A DNA stretch of 64,000 nucleotides from Marsupella aquatica (Eukaryota; Plantae; Marchantiophyta), in assembly GCA_973895155.1 (NCBI GenBank), contig OZ316896.1:11484830-11548829 (forward strand). The letters run 5' to 3'. Each line of letters starts with the position of its first letter. The first letter of the stretch is position 1. Position numbers and translations under genes: made by a program. Shown piece after piece: positions 41,489 to 52,290 of this stretch. The notes below the pieces were generated by a model. It saw only the letters and a program-made list of their open reading frames with translations, was not told where the DNA came from and did not search any database.

Positions 41489-42274
41489 CAGATTCAGCAG
41501 CAGGAAAGACAAATCGGACGTCGCCAAGCTTTGGCCACAATGTTGGTGCTCTGCAGTGTCCCCATCGTGCTTACACAGATGCCAGGCAACCTCTTAGCAG
41601 CTGAAGAAGCCAAGAAGGAAGCTGAGAACAATGACCAGAGCGTCTTGGGGGGCCTTCTCTCGTTATTCGATCCCAACGAGACAACCAAGCAGGGGAAGAA
41701 ATTGCCAAAGGCCTATTTGAAGAGTGCAAGGGATGTGGTGCAAACTCTACGAGCATCCTTCTCTGAGGACTCTCAAAATGATGCTAAGTTCCGTAGGAAT
41801 GCTGACTCTGCGAAGGGAGCAATTCGGGAGTACATATCCAATTGGAGGGGGACCAAGCTTGTTGATGCTGAGGTGAGCTTTGAACATTTTCCAACCTGTG
41901 ACATGCTTTTCTAAAATTGTTTTTACATCGGATGGGGTGAAGAGTCAAATAATAACCATACCATCCAGTGTAATAATGTTACGCTTTGGTCCTCCTGGAT
42001 TGAATATTGGATACGCTCATCCACTGGTATTTAACAATGGCACCAATTCAAGCCATAGTGCTGCGCAAGATTTGTGAAGTACAAGGATTCTATGATGATG
42101 TACGTTTTCAGCTGACCATTTCTTCTGAATGACCAGGACTCGTACGAAGCTTTGGAGAGAGTTTTGCGTGGTTTGAGTGAATTTTATTCAAAAAAGGGCC
42201 CGAGCGCAGTGCTTCCTGAGGATGTGCGGGCTCGTATTCTCGAGGATCTCCAGAAAGCTGATGATGCTCTGTGA
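41489..42274 (+). CDS. PSB27-H2: Psb27-H2 / LPA19 photosystem II D1-processing factor (Tat signal plus mature domain)
   Basis: Exons ~41489-41872 and 42137-42274. Twin-Arg GRRQAL plus hydrophobic stretch, SLFDPNETTKQGKKLPKAYLKSARDVV, KFRRNADSAK.AIREYISNWRG, FYSKKGPSAVLPEDV. Upstream exons predicted at 40113-40500 and 40687-40751. Confidence 0.92.
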
Positions 42275-43948
42275 CTGAAAAACCAAGTTCCTGCGTCTGA
42301 CAGCTACCTGGCCTGTACATCACAATGTTTGGAGATGCGCAAGGATAAAGAGAATCTGCAAATGCAAGAGAGAATGAGCTCTAACCTTTCTGGTATACTT
42401 TAAGAAGTTTCAGAGTCTTAAAAGAAAACTGGTAGCCGCACTTCAAAGCGCATGCAGTTGGGGTGCCCCTGAACAGGTTTAGAATTTCTAGTTTAGATCG
42501 CTCTTGTGCAGCCTATCAGGACTTCAGATGGTGTTTTCCTACGACACCTTGGCAATTTGAGCGATAATCACAAAGCTGATGTAGAATCGTATCCCATTGG
42601 ATGTAGATTTCTTCGAAATCAATGTAAGGTTTCTTTAGTGGACGCGTTGGTGCCCGGACATCTTTGTGGATTGTCTTTGTATCAATTCTTTCATCAGGAA
42701 GCATTTGCTGTACTTGTTACCTGGAGAGTGTGTTTACATAGTAATTCAATCCAGGAGGGGAGACGCAAATCAGATGAGTTGTAATTCCTATGGCTGTAAT
42801 TTGTATGTCAATGCCTAGACTACGGATCTTACAAGCCTAGAAGAAAGTTCAGGTTGGTTAAAGTTCTTACGTGCATGAAGCCTAGACGAAGGTCTCACCA
42901 AACCCACCCCAAGTCCGCTCCACTCATTCCCCCAATTTAATAGATACTCGGTAGAGACATCTAGGTCTAAACCAAATCCAGCAAAAAACCATTCCCACAT
43001 GTCTACGAACTCATGGTGTGTTTCAAACGATAATTGCCTGCGCAAATTTTTCTTATCTTTCGAATAAGGACCAAATTTTGCAAAAGAACTCTCACATGGA
43101 CCCCACATCACAGGGAGGTGCATTTCGGGTTGCATGTATGTTGAGCCTAGAAGTCAACAGGACTAAGAGTAAGATGGAAGCGATTCACCGGCATCCCACC
43201 AGCTCATAGCACTCGAGTAGCAATAGTGCCCCAACCATTAGGTCACTTTCCAAGTCAGCAAAAAGATCCTCAATCTCTCCGTAGTTTCAAAGGGGATCAC
43301 CCAACTTTGTAATCCGGATTTGCCTTTCCCCGATAGATTAATTACCAATGGAGCTAAATCCACCGTCGGGCAACAACCAAGCCTTTCGTTGAACGACAAC
43401 TATTTACCTGCGTTTTCCTAGAATTTACATGAAACTAGTAGCTACATGATTGTACGAATACGCATGCACACACTGGAGCTTTACACGTGCGTACCATGCA
43501 CAACTAGAAAAAATTATTCACTTGCTTGTAACCTCCTCCTACATCTCCTCTTCGTGTCACAGGTGTTCTTGGATTCCTTAATTTGATATTTTCCGGGTGA
43601 GGTGGTAGTCCTGAGTACATGCTCCTGCCGGCTCTGGGATTTGGGGCTTGTTACTCATTATCAGTTTTCTTTTTCTTTTTTGGGGGCAACTGAGAGGCTG
43701 CTATAATTAGAAACTCTCTGCAAACTCTTCATAAGTTGTCTTTTCTTTACTTCTCATAAGTTGACTCTTGCTTCCGGGCGTTTCTGAATTTCTTTAGCTC
43801 CCAGAGAAGAGCAAGTGATTGATAGAACAAAAGCGCATCTTACTTCATCGTTTCCCAGATCAGACTACTCTCTATACATCCCACCTTGGCCCCATTGAGA
43901 AGCTCGTATCATGTATAATAAATCGACCTTAAGCAGATGCAAGGACAT

Positions 43949-44115
43949 AGCGCTTCCATCAACAACACAATTCCTCTCAATGGAGTGCGCAATAGTTCAC
44001 ATGATCACTAAAATTTGTCACTTGTGAACCTACATTGGTGTCTTAATACCTTTCCCTGCGCCATGTAACTCGAGGACACCAGCATCTCTCTTCCTGACCC
44101 TTCAGCAATTCCCTT
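43949..44115 (-). repeat. Diverged inverted copy of the Tic22 last-exon end and 3'UTR (source 6719-6903)
   Basis: Minus strand aagggaattgctgaagggtcaggaagagag...taagacacc...gtgatcatgtgaacta...tgtgttgttgatggaagcgct is collinear with 6719-6903. Confidence 0.88.
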
Positions 44116-44489
44116 CTTCCTACTAAATGGAGCACTCTAATGTTTGCAAAACAAACCTGTTGAACCAGAGTTCAAGAGGAGAAATATGAATTGTAGCCCT
44201 TTTAACACGGGCCAAAATTTGTCGTCTTCAGTATACAAAATTTACAGAAGAGAGGAGATTACTTCCTTCAACTTTCCTACTATTTCTTTCTGCATCACAT
44301 GATAGTGGGCTATGGCATGTCCTGCTCGACTCTTAACGAGCTTGCACATTACTTCCATCACCCTCTGGTCAACATAACAAGGTGTCAATAACTGTACAAA
44401 CTCTTAGATCATTTATCAGAAAAGATTAGCAAGAGTACAGTACATAGAATAAGTTGTTGACGACTGGGCAATGATTAAAACGCATCATC

Positions 44490-47400
44490 TCACTGGCCTA
44501 TTCTCCAACCATCATGCGTCCCGGAGTGACTTTTGGAGATACCTTCCATGGTCGCTGCTTGTCTGATGAAGATACCATCATCATCACGGACCCACAAGAC
44601 ATGATCATGTATAAATGAAGTGAGCTCGGCTTCTGACTGACTGGAAGCTGAGCCCTCAACTTCCCTGGCTCCTGGTTTTGCGTTGACACCTTCCGGACTA
44701 TCTTTCTGTTTCACCTGTTCATAGAAGTCGAACTTTCTTGATGACCTTTTCACCCAGTCACCATCTACTGGCTTTTGACCTTCCATCGGCATATGCCCTG
44801 ACGAACTCATCCCGCCTGTGCCTGCAGAATATAGATCCCCTATAGGAGAGGTTCCCCTTCGATGATCACGATTTTTACCCTTCCAAGAATCAACGATGGC
44901 ACTCTTTGACATCGTACTCACGTAGCTACCGTCACTTGTGCTCACTTCCTCCTGATCCCTTTGTTCACCTGTATTCCTACCCTCTGGATTTCTCCAGTCA
45001 TCTTGGAATGGCCTTTGGGCCCCTCTTTGACGCGGCTGATAACCAGCAGCCTGCAGCTCAGAGCTCTTACTGTCCACACTGTTCAGTGATACCCAGGATG
45101 GATACAGGGATGCCCTTCGACCCCTGGGAGTTTCATCTCGACCCCGATGGCCTTGAAATTGATTCATCTCCGAATTGATCAGATCATTCGTATCGTATCT
45201 ACTTCCTACAGAACTTGTCGAATCGCTTTTCGTCCCATTCTTTGATAGGTGTGAAAGGATATTCAGATCTTGCCTGCTATCCCCTGGAACCAAATGGCCA
45301 GATAACTGATTGTTGCCTCGATTGCTACCTGAAGTTTGTTTTGTTTCGGACAAAACATCGTCTTCCAAGGGGGTCCTCCACCACTTTCCGTTTTCTGGCG
45401 GATAACTCTCTCTGCTCGATTGTCCTTCCTCAGGCGAGACGCCGGCCTCATAGTTTCCTTTCCTTTCGCTAGAATCTGCTACCTTCTTATCTTTGGACAC
45501 AAATTCCTTCAGTCCAGACATCCTTGCATTGACAGAGTCCCGGAAGGAGTCAAAACTTTCAGACAGAGTTGGAGCCCCTCGTTTCATGTCTCCCCTGGAC
45601 CTTATATCAGATGAAACAATGGGAGGATCTCGATTGGGAGCTTTACTCGCGGGCCTGTCTTTCCTTGAAGAAACCCGGGCCCTTCCTAGACGGTAGGCCA
45701 CGAACATGAAGAAAGACCAGATGGTGAAAACACCTATCGCCCGCTGTAAGCCAGTGAATGCAGCTACTTTCTTGATAATGTCTTGTGCAAATTCCACAAA
45801 ATTTAAAGGGCTGGATGGTTGAGGTTCTTCCACGATTTGACCACCGACTCTCTGACTCCATTCTGCCCAAAGTAGGCTCGTTAAATCTTCTTCTTCTCGA
45901 GATCCTTCTTTCACAATTTCATCTGCAGCACTTTTACCGCTAATATCAGACGAATCCGACTTGCTTTGCACAGGCATATCCCCAGCAGTATTTCCTGTTG
46001 TCGGTGGAACCGTGGATGGTGAATTCCCACCTCTCAATCTTTCTTGGGATTCAAACAATTGGGTATCACTTGATATCTTCCCCTCATTTCCTTTTTCTAT
46101 TGACAAGTCTTTACCCTGTTGCTGCTGATCGTTTGCCGTCTCAGAGAGCTTCTGGGTTTCCTTCTCATCCACTTGCCCATTTTTTGTTGCCTGAGGAAGG
46201 GTGAGCCCGCCACCAGTCCCCTCACGAGCCTCACCTTGAACATTAGCTCGCTGTGATTCAGAAGCCATGTTTCTTTCCTTGGCCTCTTTTCTAGAGTTAG
46301 TATCAAGTTCTTGAGTGGCAGGAACCTTCTGCTCACTAGTCCTCTCAGCAGCCTTCGTCTCAATCTGCCTCTTCTCGTTTTGAATGACCAAATCCTTTGG
46401 ACGAACTGCTTCATTGACGACACCATTTTGAGGACTGAGAGACGACCCGCTAGCTTTGAGAAGCTGCTGAAGAATATCAACGAGTTCCTCATCAGTCATC
46501 TCCCTGAATCTGCAGGCAGCCCGAAACGCGAACATAGAACATATGGACTTCAGAACAGGATTGGTTTACTCATGGCAAGCCATGTTCATTTTTGGTCCTT
46601 GTCCTACTTAGCCCAGCTGGAGTACACATTCTATATCAAGCGTTGGTGTCTATTTCTCTCGTCACAAGTGCAAGTAAAAATTACAACTGAGATAGGCACC
46701 AGAGTATTGGAGTGAATATGTAGTCTGCATGGCCCAAGGACGACATGAACCACTATGGCTTGCCATGATCAGATATCTACATCAAATTTCAATACTGTAC
46801 AGATTCACACTCGGTCACTTCGAGGTCCCAAGTTACTGCGTTCTTTAGAATTACCCCAGAGATGATCCAATGGGAGGCCTACCAAAGATGAATCTGAAGG
46901 TAGCCTTTCAGGGTCAAACCTCGGAATCAACATCTGCCCATGGACTAATTTGATGAAAATTCCAGTGACGTTCCATGCTGAATACTGCTGGTCCACTAAG
47001 TGTTTTTCTAGATAACACCTTAGAAGTTATCCCACCATCAGTCCATGCCCTTGCTGACCCAGTAATTTTGTTCTAATGCATCAATCTAAGAACCTTGGAG
47101 CTTTCCATACTACTCCCGTATGGCAGACCAGGGTGAGCTGCTCTAATTCCAAGATAGAAGTTCACAAAGAGGTCTGCCGATGACATCTCTAGCAATGCAT
47201 TAATGAACCTTGCTGTCCGTTAGACTCTAGTTTGTTACTCTGAACTACTCAGATCTCTGGTTCATATGAGGGCCACGTTCGAAAGATTACTATAGCAACA
47301 TGGGAGACGGAGCAGTGCAATGTGTATAGTTTGCACACCCGCGCTATCGTTGCCACAACTGTTCATAGTTGGCAGAACAAACAAAAGCAAAGAAGAAGAT

Positions 47401-48521
47401 CTATCCTAACAGAAATATGAGAGAGTTTATACCTACGAGCAAGCTGCTTAGCAAGGATGGCTTCCACGGAAGGTGCACTGTCCACAGCCACCTCCATCTG
47501 GACACCAACTTCTGATAGCGCATTTTGTGGTACTTCTGCATATGCTGGTTGACCACCAAACACAGCACTCAACGAAAGCGCTACTGCTGCAACACTAACA
47601 ATCAACCCATGTCAGCCAAATTCAATCTTACCTGGAAAACAGCTTTCAGTACCAAATGTCAAGCATTTCCTCACATGGTGTAGCACAGAATCAATCATGT
47701 GAATTCATAAAGAGGTGTCTTGAAACGATATCAATTGACCTAGAGTTCTGATCTATGACAATGAAACACAACCATCATTTGGCCTTGTCCGCACCCTGTA
47801 TTCGTATCAATCTGGTAAATTTGTACCTGCTGTCTTTGTTACGTATTTTATTGCAGAAATGGGTTTTCCCAGTGCTTTTGTAAGTCTGTGAACAGCGTCC
47901 TTGATATAGAAACTATGACACGCCTTGGAAGCCCAGAGGTAAAACTCAGGTCCTGTGTATATTGCGGTGGAGGTGTCCACGCATAATGAGGACTGCTTCA
48001 CTTGAGAGTTGACGATCTAAAAGCCACTGGGTGGATAGCATGTTAGTGCTACTCCGTGGTTTCCCAAGAAGCGAGAGCAACTTATGTGGTGTGGGTTGCT
48101 TTAGTCGTATCGTGGCGTTTGGGTCGATAGATTTCCAGTTGGTCGGAGTTCCTGGGCTCTAATCTCTGGAGTGTATCATTGCAACTATGCAGGAGCCGAG
48201 GGGTCCTTTATTTTCCCTTTGTCAGTTATTTCGTCCGAATTGATTGACTATCTGATCCATAAATTCTAGATCAAGCATCATTCTCTCGCAGACCACAGGG
48301 GAAAGCTCCTGTTGCACGACCACTTCTACTGCAGTAAACACGAATTCCGGAAACCCACCTGAAATGGACAAAATGGGGGAACGGCACCGGACAGTACTCG
48401 AATCTCTCAAAGAGCAGTCGCTATGGCCTCCGATCGAGACGCACACCTGGGTTGCAGCCGTCTGCCGCGCAGCGACGGGTCCGAGAGCAGCACGGACGAT
48501 CGTAGCTGAAACCGCGGCCAT
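44490..48521 (-). CDS. ~812-aa protein: cTP-like N-terminus, one TM region, long disordered charged tail, no recognisable C-terminal domain
   Basis: Predicted exons 48521-48447, 48016-47827, 47586-47433, 46509-44490 total 2439 nt in frame with GT-AG junctions. The last exon is a 2-kb open frame; TM segment AIGVFTIWSFFMFVAYRLG. Confidence 0.72.
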
Positions 48522-48669
48522 CTCCAACAACAACTCCAGCGAATTGAGAAGTCCCAGCCCCTGCTCCGCTGTTGTTGGCCGAATGCAAAGCCTCCTCGCT
48601 CGGCTGATTCGCTTTCTACTACAGTCGTAGTGTGCGCGCACACATTTCGCAACTTTTCCTCTCGTGCAG

Positions 48670-49210
48670 CTACCGAGGTTACCGAGGTGCTCTGCGATTA
48701 CAGTGTACTAGCCTGATTACCCGTTAATGAACGTAAACCGAGATTACCGAAGTGCTCTGCAATTAGAGTGTACTAGCCTGACTTCCCGTTCACGAACGTA
48801 AACCGAGGTTACCGAGGTGCTCTGCGATTACAGTGTACTAGCCTGACTACCCGTTCAGGAACGTAAACTGCAGTTACTGAGGTGCTCTGCCGTTACAGAC
48901 CGAGGTACTCCGCCATTACAGCATACTAGCCTGATTACCCGTTAATGAAAGTAAACCGAGGTTACCGAGGTGCTCTGAGATTACAGTGTACTAGCCTGAT
49001 TACCCATTCATGAACGTAAAAATAGAGAAGAGAAAATTATAGTGTACTAGCCTGATGAGCGTAAATAGAGAAAAGACAAAGTGATGTAAATAGTGTGATT
49101 ACCCGACATAAGACCAAAGTACCAGTTTCCTGCCTGGTTACCTGCTCATGAACATATATAGAGATAAGATAAAATTACTTCGTACTAGCCTAATTACCCC
49201 TTCATGAACA
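48670..49210. repeat. Tandem array of ~65-bp units, degenerating to the right
   Basis: accgaggttaccgaggtgctctgcgattacagtgtactagcctgattacccgttaatgaacgtaa starts at ~48672, 48737, 48802, 48867 and 48956, followed by partial units. Confidence 0.93.
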
Positions 49211-50369
49211 TAAATAGAGATGAGGCAAAAAAAGCCTTTGCAAAAGAATTTATGTTTTTCTCTTTTGTCTTTTGCCTCATCCCAGTTTTTGGTATGCACT
49301 TCATTTCAATTTTTTCTTTATTAGTGTATTTTTTCCTTGTATTAGTTTTGTAATTATCTAGAGGGTTCACTCTAGAAGTTTATCATGGATGAAGGCAGGA
49401 CAGGACAATAGTAACAGGTAGACCTGTATTTTGAGCTTTCCTGTCATTAGATATCAAAATGGGAGAATGTAATGTGTACTATGTCATTCCATGGCATGCT
49501 AAATTCAATTATTTTTATTTAAATCAATGAATTTTATTCTAAATTTGTATTCTCATGTCCTTCCAAATCTTAATTGTGCATTCTTCTCCATAAATGCACT
49601 GAGAACTACAAAGAGAAAAATCACGAGGGCAGTAAGATATAATTCTATATTTTCTCCAGAGAAAGTAGAAAATAAGCCCAAATGGACTGGTGGGTTGGTT
49701 TTGAGGCCTGAATGGACTTGCAAAGCTCGCATGGGCTAGCACAGAATGGCTAAAAGACTTGGGTAACACCGTTTACAGTTTTTGGTGAGATGTGACTTGT
49801 AGCAGTCTCCTGGGTGTTTAAGTCAGTTTTAGGTAGTTTAAGCGGTGGTAATGCATTGCTCATGCCCAATCTACTCACGAAGTCCTTTACAAAAGTGGTT
49901 ATTTGGTGCTCATGCCTAAACTACTCAAGGCATCCCTCATAAAAGTGAAACATCAGTTTTTAGTTGATTATAATATTTGACCATCCTTGTGCTCATCATA
50001 AATAGAGAAAGTGATTCAGAAAAATCAAACTTTGTCACATAATAGACTGGACATCAAAAAACATGTTGGCAAAATTTGAGTTTATAAAGGGAGACCACAA
50101 GTTGTCCAAATAAATGCACAAGTCTATGAAAAACCAGCCTTTTACATTGGTTCGGATGAGTGAAAAAGCTACTCATGGGACTCCTTCACAAAGGTTGAGC
50201 CATTCTAACATAAAGCAAGTGGCCATTTTTTTCCAATATAAATTGGCTAGTGACTTTTCGCAATCCATGGGGATGGGCACGAACCCTATCTTGGTTGGTC
50301 CCAATCCATCCCAACTTGTTTTCCCATAAAAGCACAAAAAGGGAAAGTTGCAAAGTGTCTTAAGATATC

Positions 50370-50750
50370 CTAGCCCTGACTACCGTTCTTGAACATGAAT
50401 AACGTGGAGTCAATAAAAATGTCACCAAAATATATTCCTTATTCACATTTTTTGAATGTTGACGAAATGATTAAAAAATATATCATGCATATCATCATTT
50501 TAATAATCATACACAACATACCATATTCTTGCTATACACATCCTTCTTTCTATGCACATATGTTATGGTGGGGCCACATAGCTCATTCTTTAATGTAAAT
50601 AAAAATCATGACAAAAAGCATATATCATTATCATTTGATATATATATCATAGTCATGAGTTTTTCATCCACATGATGCACATGTAATTAAGTACTTTACT
50701 CTATAAACCTAGACCCCAACTCTAGCTTGTAGTTGGCTCTTTATAAGTAA
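50370..50750 (-). mobile_element. Second, more degenerate copy of the 38089-38508 Helitron-like element
   Basis: Shares ctag...gactaccgttcttgaac, ctatgcacatatgtt.tggtgg.gcca and catagtcatg with the first copy. Another A|TCTATCTATCTAC 5'-type end occurs at ~50999. Confidence 0.6.
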
Positions 50751-51384
50751 AATGAGCCCTATGCTCATGCATTGCACGAGGCAAGGAGGGCCGGTCCATA
50801 GGGAATCAGGCTGGGTCATTTATGGGGCAACATGGAGAAACACGTATGAGCTAGGGGTGCCTATTTCTTCTATCAATGGTCAAGGAAAATAGCAAATTGA
50901 ATCCAATGGCTGTGGATCTTTTCCACCCATGAGCTTTTTTGTATTGGGACTAAAGAAAAAAAGAGGCTAAATGCCTTATTATAGTTGTAGATAGATAGAT
51001 ATTTTTCTCTAGATATATATCACAGTGCCCAAGGGCAAAAATGTCGAACTGGGAAACAAAATCCCAAAGGCAAAGGGGAGGAAAAGAGGGGAAAGGGTAA
51101 TTGAGTTCATTGAATCACCAGAAGGGTCGGTAGGTCCCACCTGCCACACTTGCTGTACATGTAAGCAAACCGCGTTTCCAGTGTAAGCGTTGAAAGTTTC
51201 CGAAGCAAGTTTCCGAAGCAAGTTTCAGAGGAAGGATCGCGTATTGGCGTTGCGTTCGGGAACCTTCGCAAACCAACTCATCACGCGCACCTCTCGACTT
51301 CTCGAGAGCCAATTCGTCACAATCACCAGACAAACTTCGATGCTCTCGGCGAAATGTGCTTGCTCGCAATCACCATATATATAC

Positions 51385-51935
51385 TAAGTCGGTGCTCTAA
51401 ACGGAATGTGCTTGCTGCCAATTCGACGCAATCTTCATAAAATGTAAACTCTGTGCTAGACGGAACTTGCTTGCTGCCAATTCGACACAATCATCATACA
51501 AATACAAACGCGGTGCTCTAGACGGAACTTGCTTGCTGCCAATTCGACACAATCGTCATACAAATACAAACTCGGTGCTCTAGACGGAACTTGCTTGCTG
51601 CCAATTCGACACAATCGTCATACAGATACAAACGCGGTGCTCTAGACGGAACTTGCTTGCTGCCAATTCGACATAATCATCATACAAATACAAACGGAAC
51701 TTGCTTGCTAGCAATTCGACACAATCATCATACAAATACAAACGTGGTGCTCTAGACTTAATGTGCTCGCTACCGATTCAACACAATCATCATACATTTA
51801 AAAACGCGGTGCTCTAGGCGTTGCTGCCAAAAATTCGACACAATCAGTATACAATTACAGACGCGGGGGGAATGTGCTTGCTGCCAATTCGACACAAGCA
51901 TCATACAAATAGAAACGCGCTGCTCTAGGCGGAAT
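51385..51935. repeat. Tandem array of ~9 x ~61-bp units
   Basis: cggtgctctagacggaacttgcttgctgccaattcgacacaatc(a/g)tcatacaaatacaaa repeats head-to-tail with no unique spacers. Confidence 0.95.
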
Positions 51936-51959
51936 GTGATTGCTGGGGCTGAGATTGGC

Positions 51960-52290
51960 GTACACAACAGTAGTAGCAAGAGAATCAGTCGAGCGACGAG
52001 GCTTTGCATTCGGCCTAGAAGAGCTGAGCAGAGCAGAGCAGGGTCGCGACTCTATTATCATTGCGTTGGAGCTGTTGTTTTTGGAGAAATGGGCGTGGAT
52101 TCAGCTACAATCGTTGGTGCTGTTGCGGTGAGGATGTCGATCGGAGGCGATAGCGAGTGCTCTTTGAGAGATTTGAGGACTGTTCGTTGCCGTTCCCCCG
52201 TTTCTCCTATGTCAGGTGGGTGTCCGGTGTTCGTATGTACGGTAGTAGAAGTGGTCATTCAAGAGAAACTTTTCTGTGGTTTGCGTGACA
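51960..52290 (+). repeat. Inverted copy of the 5'UTR/first exon/intron start of the minus-strand gene (~48635-48280)
   Basis: Parallel translations KRISRA(R/T)RLCIRP, SATIV, SIGG.S.CSLRD..TVRCRSP, SGG.P.FV.T.VEVV.Q in both copies. Confidence 0.92.

Noticed and set aside
47605-47632. Apparent in-frame TGA suggesting the 812-aa gene is a pseudogene
   Set aside because: The TGA is part of a CTGAC branch-point-like motif upstream of a TGCAG acceptor at 47587, which keeps the frame open.
51385-51935. Regular ~61-bp repeats, and the ~65-bp repeats at 48670-49210, resembling a CRISPR array
   Set aside because: Whole units repeat with no unique spacers, there are no cas genes, and the context is eukaryotic.
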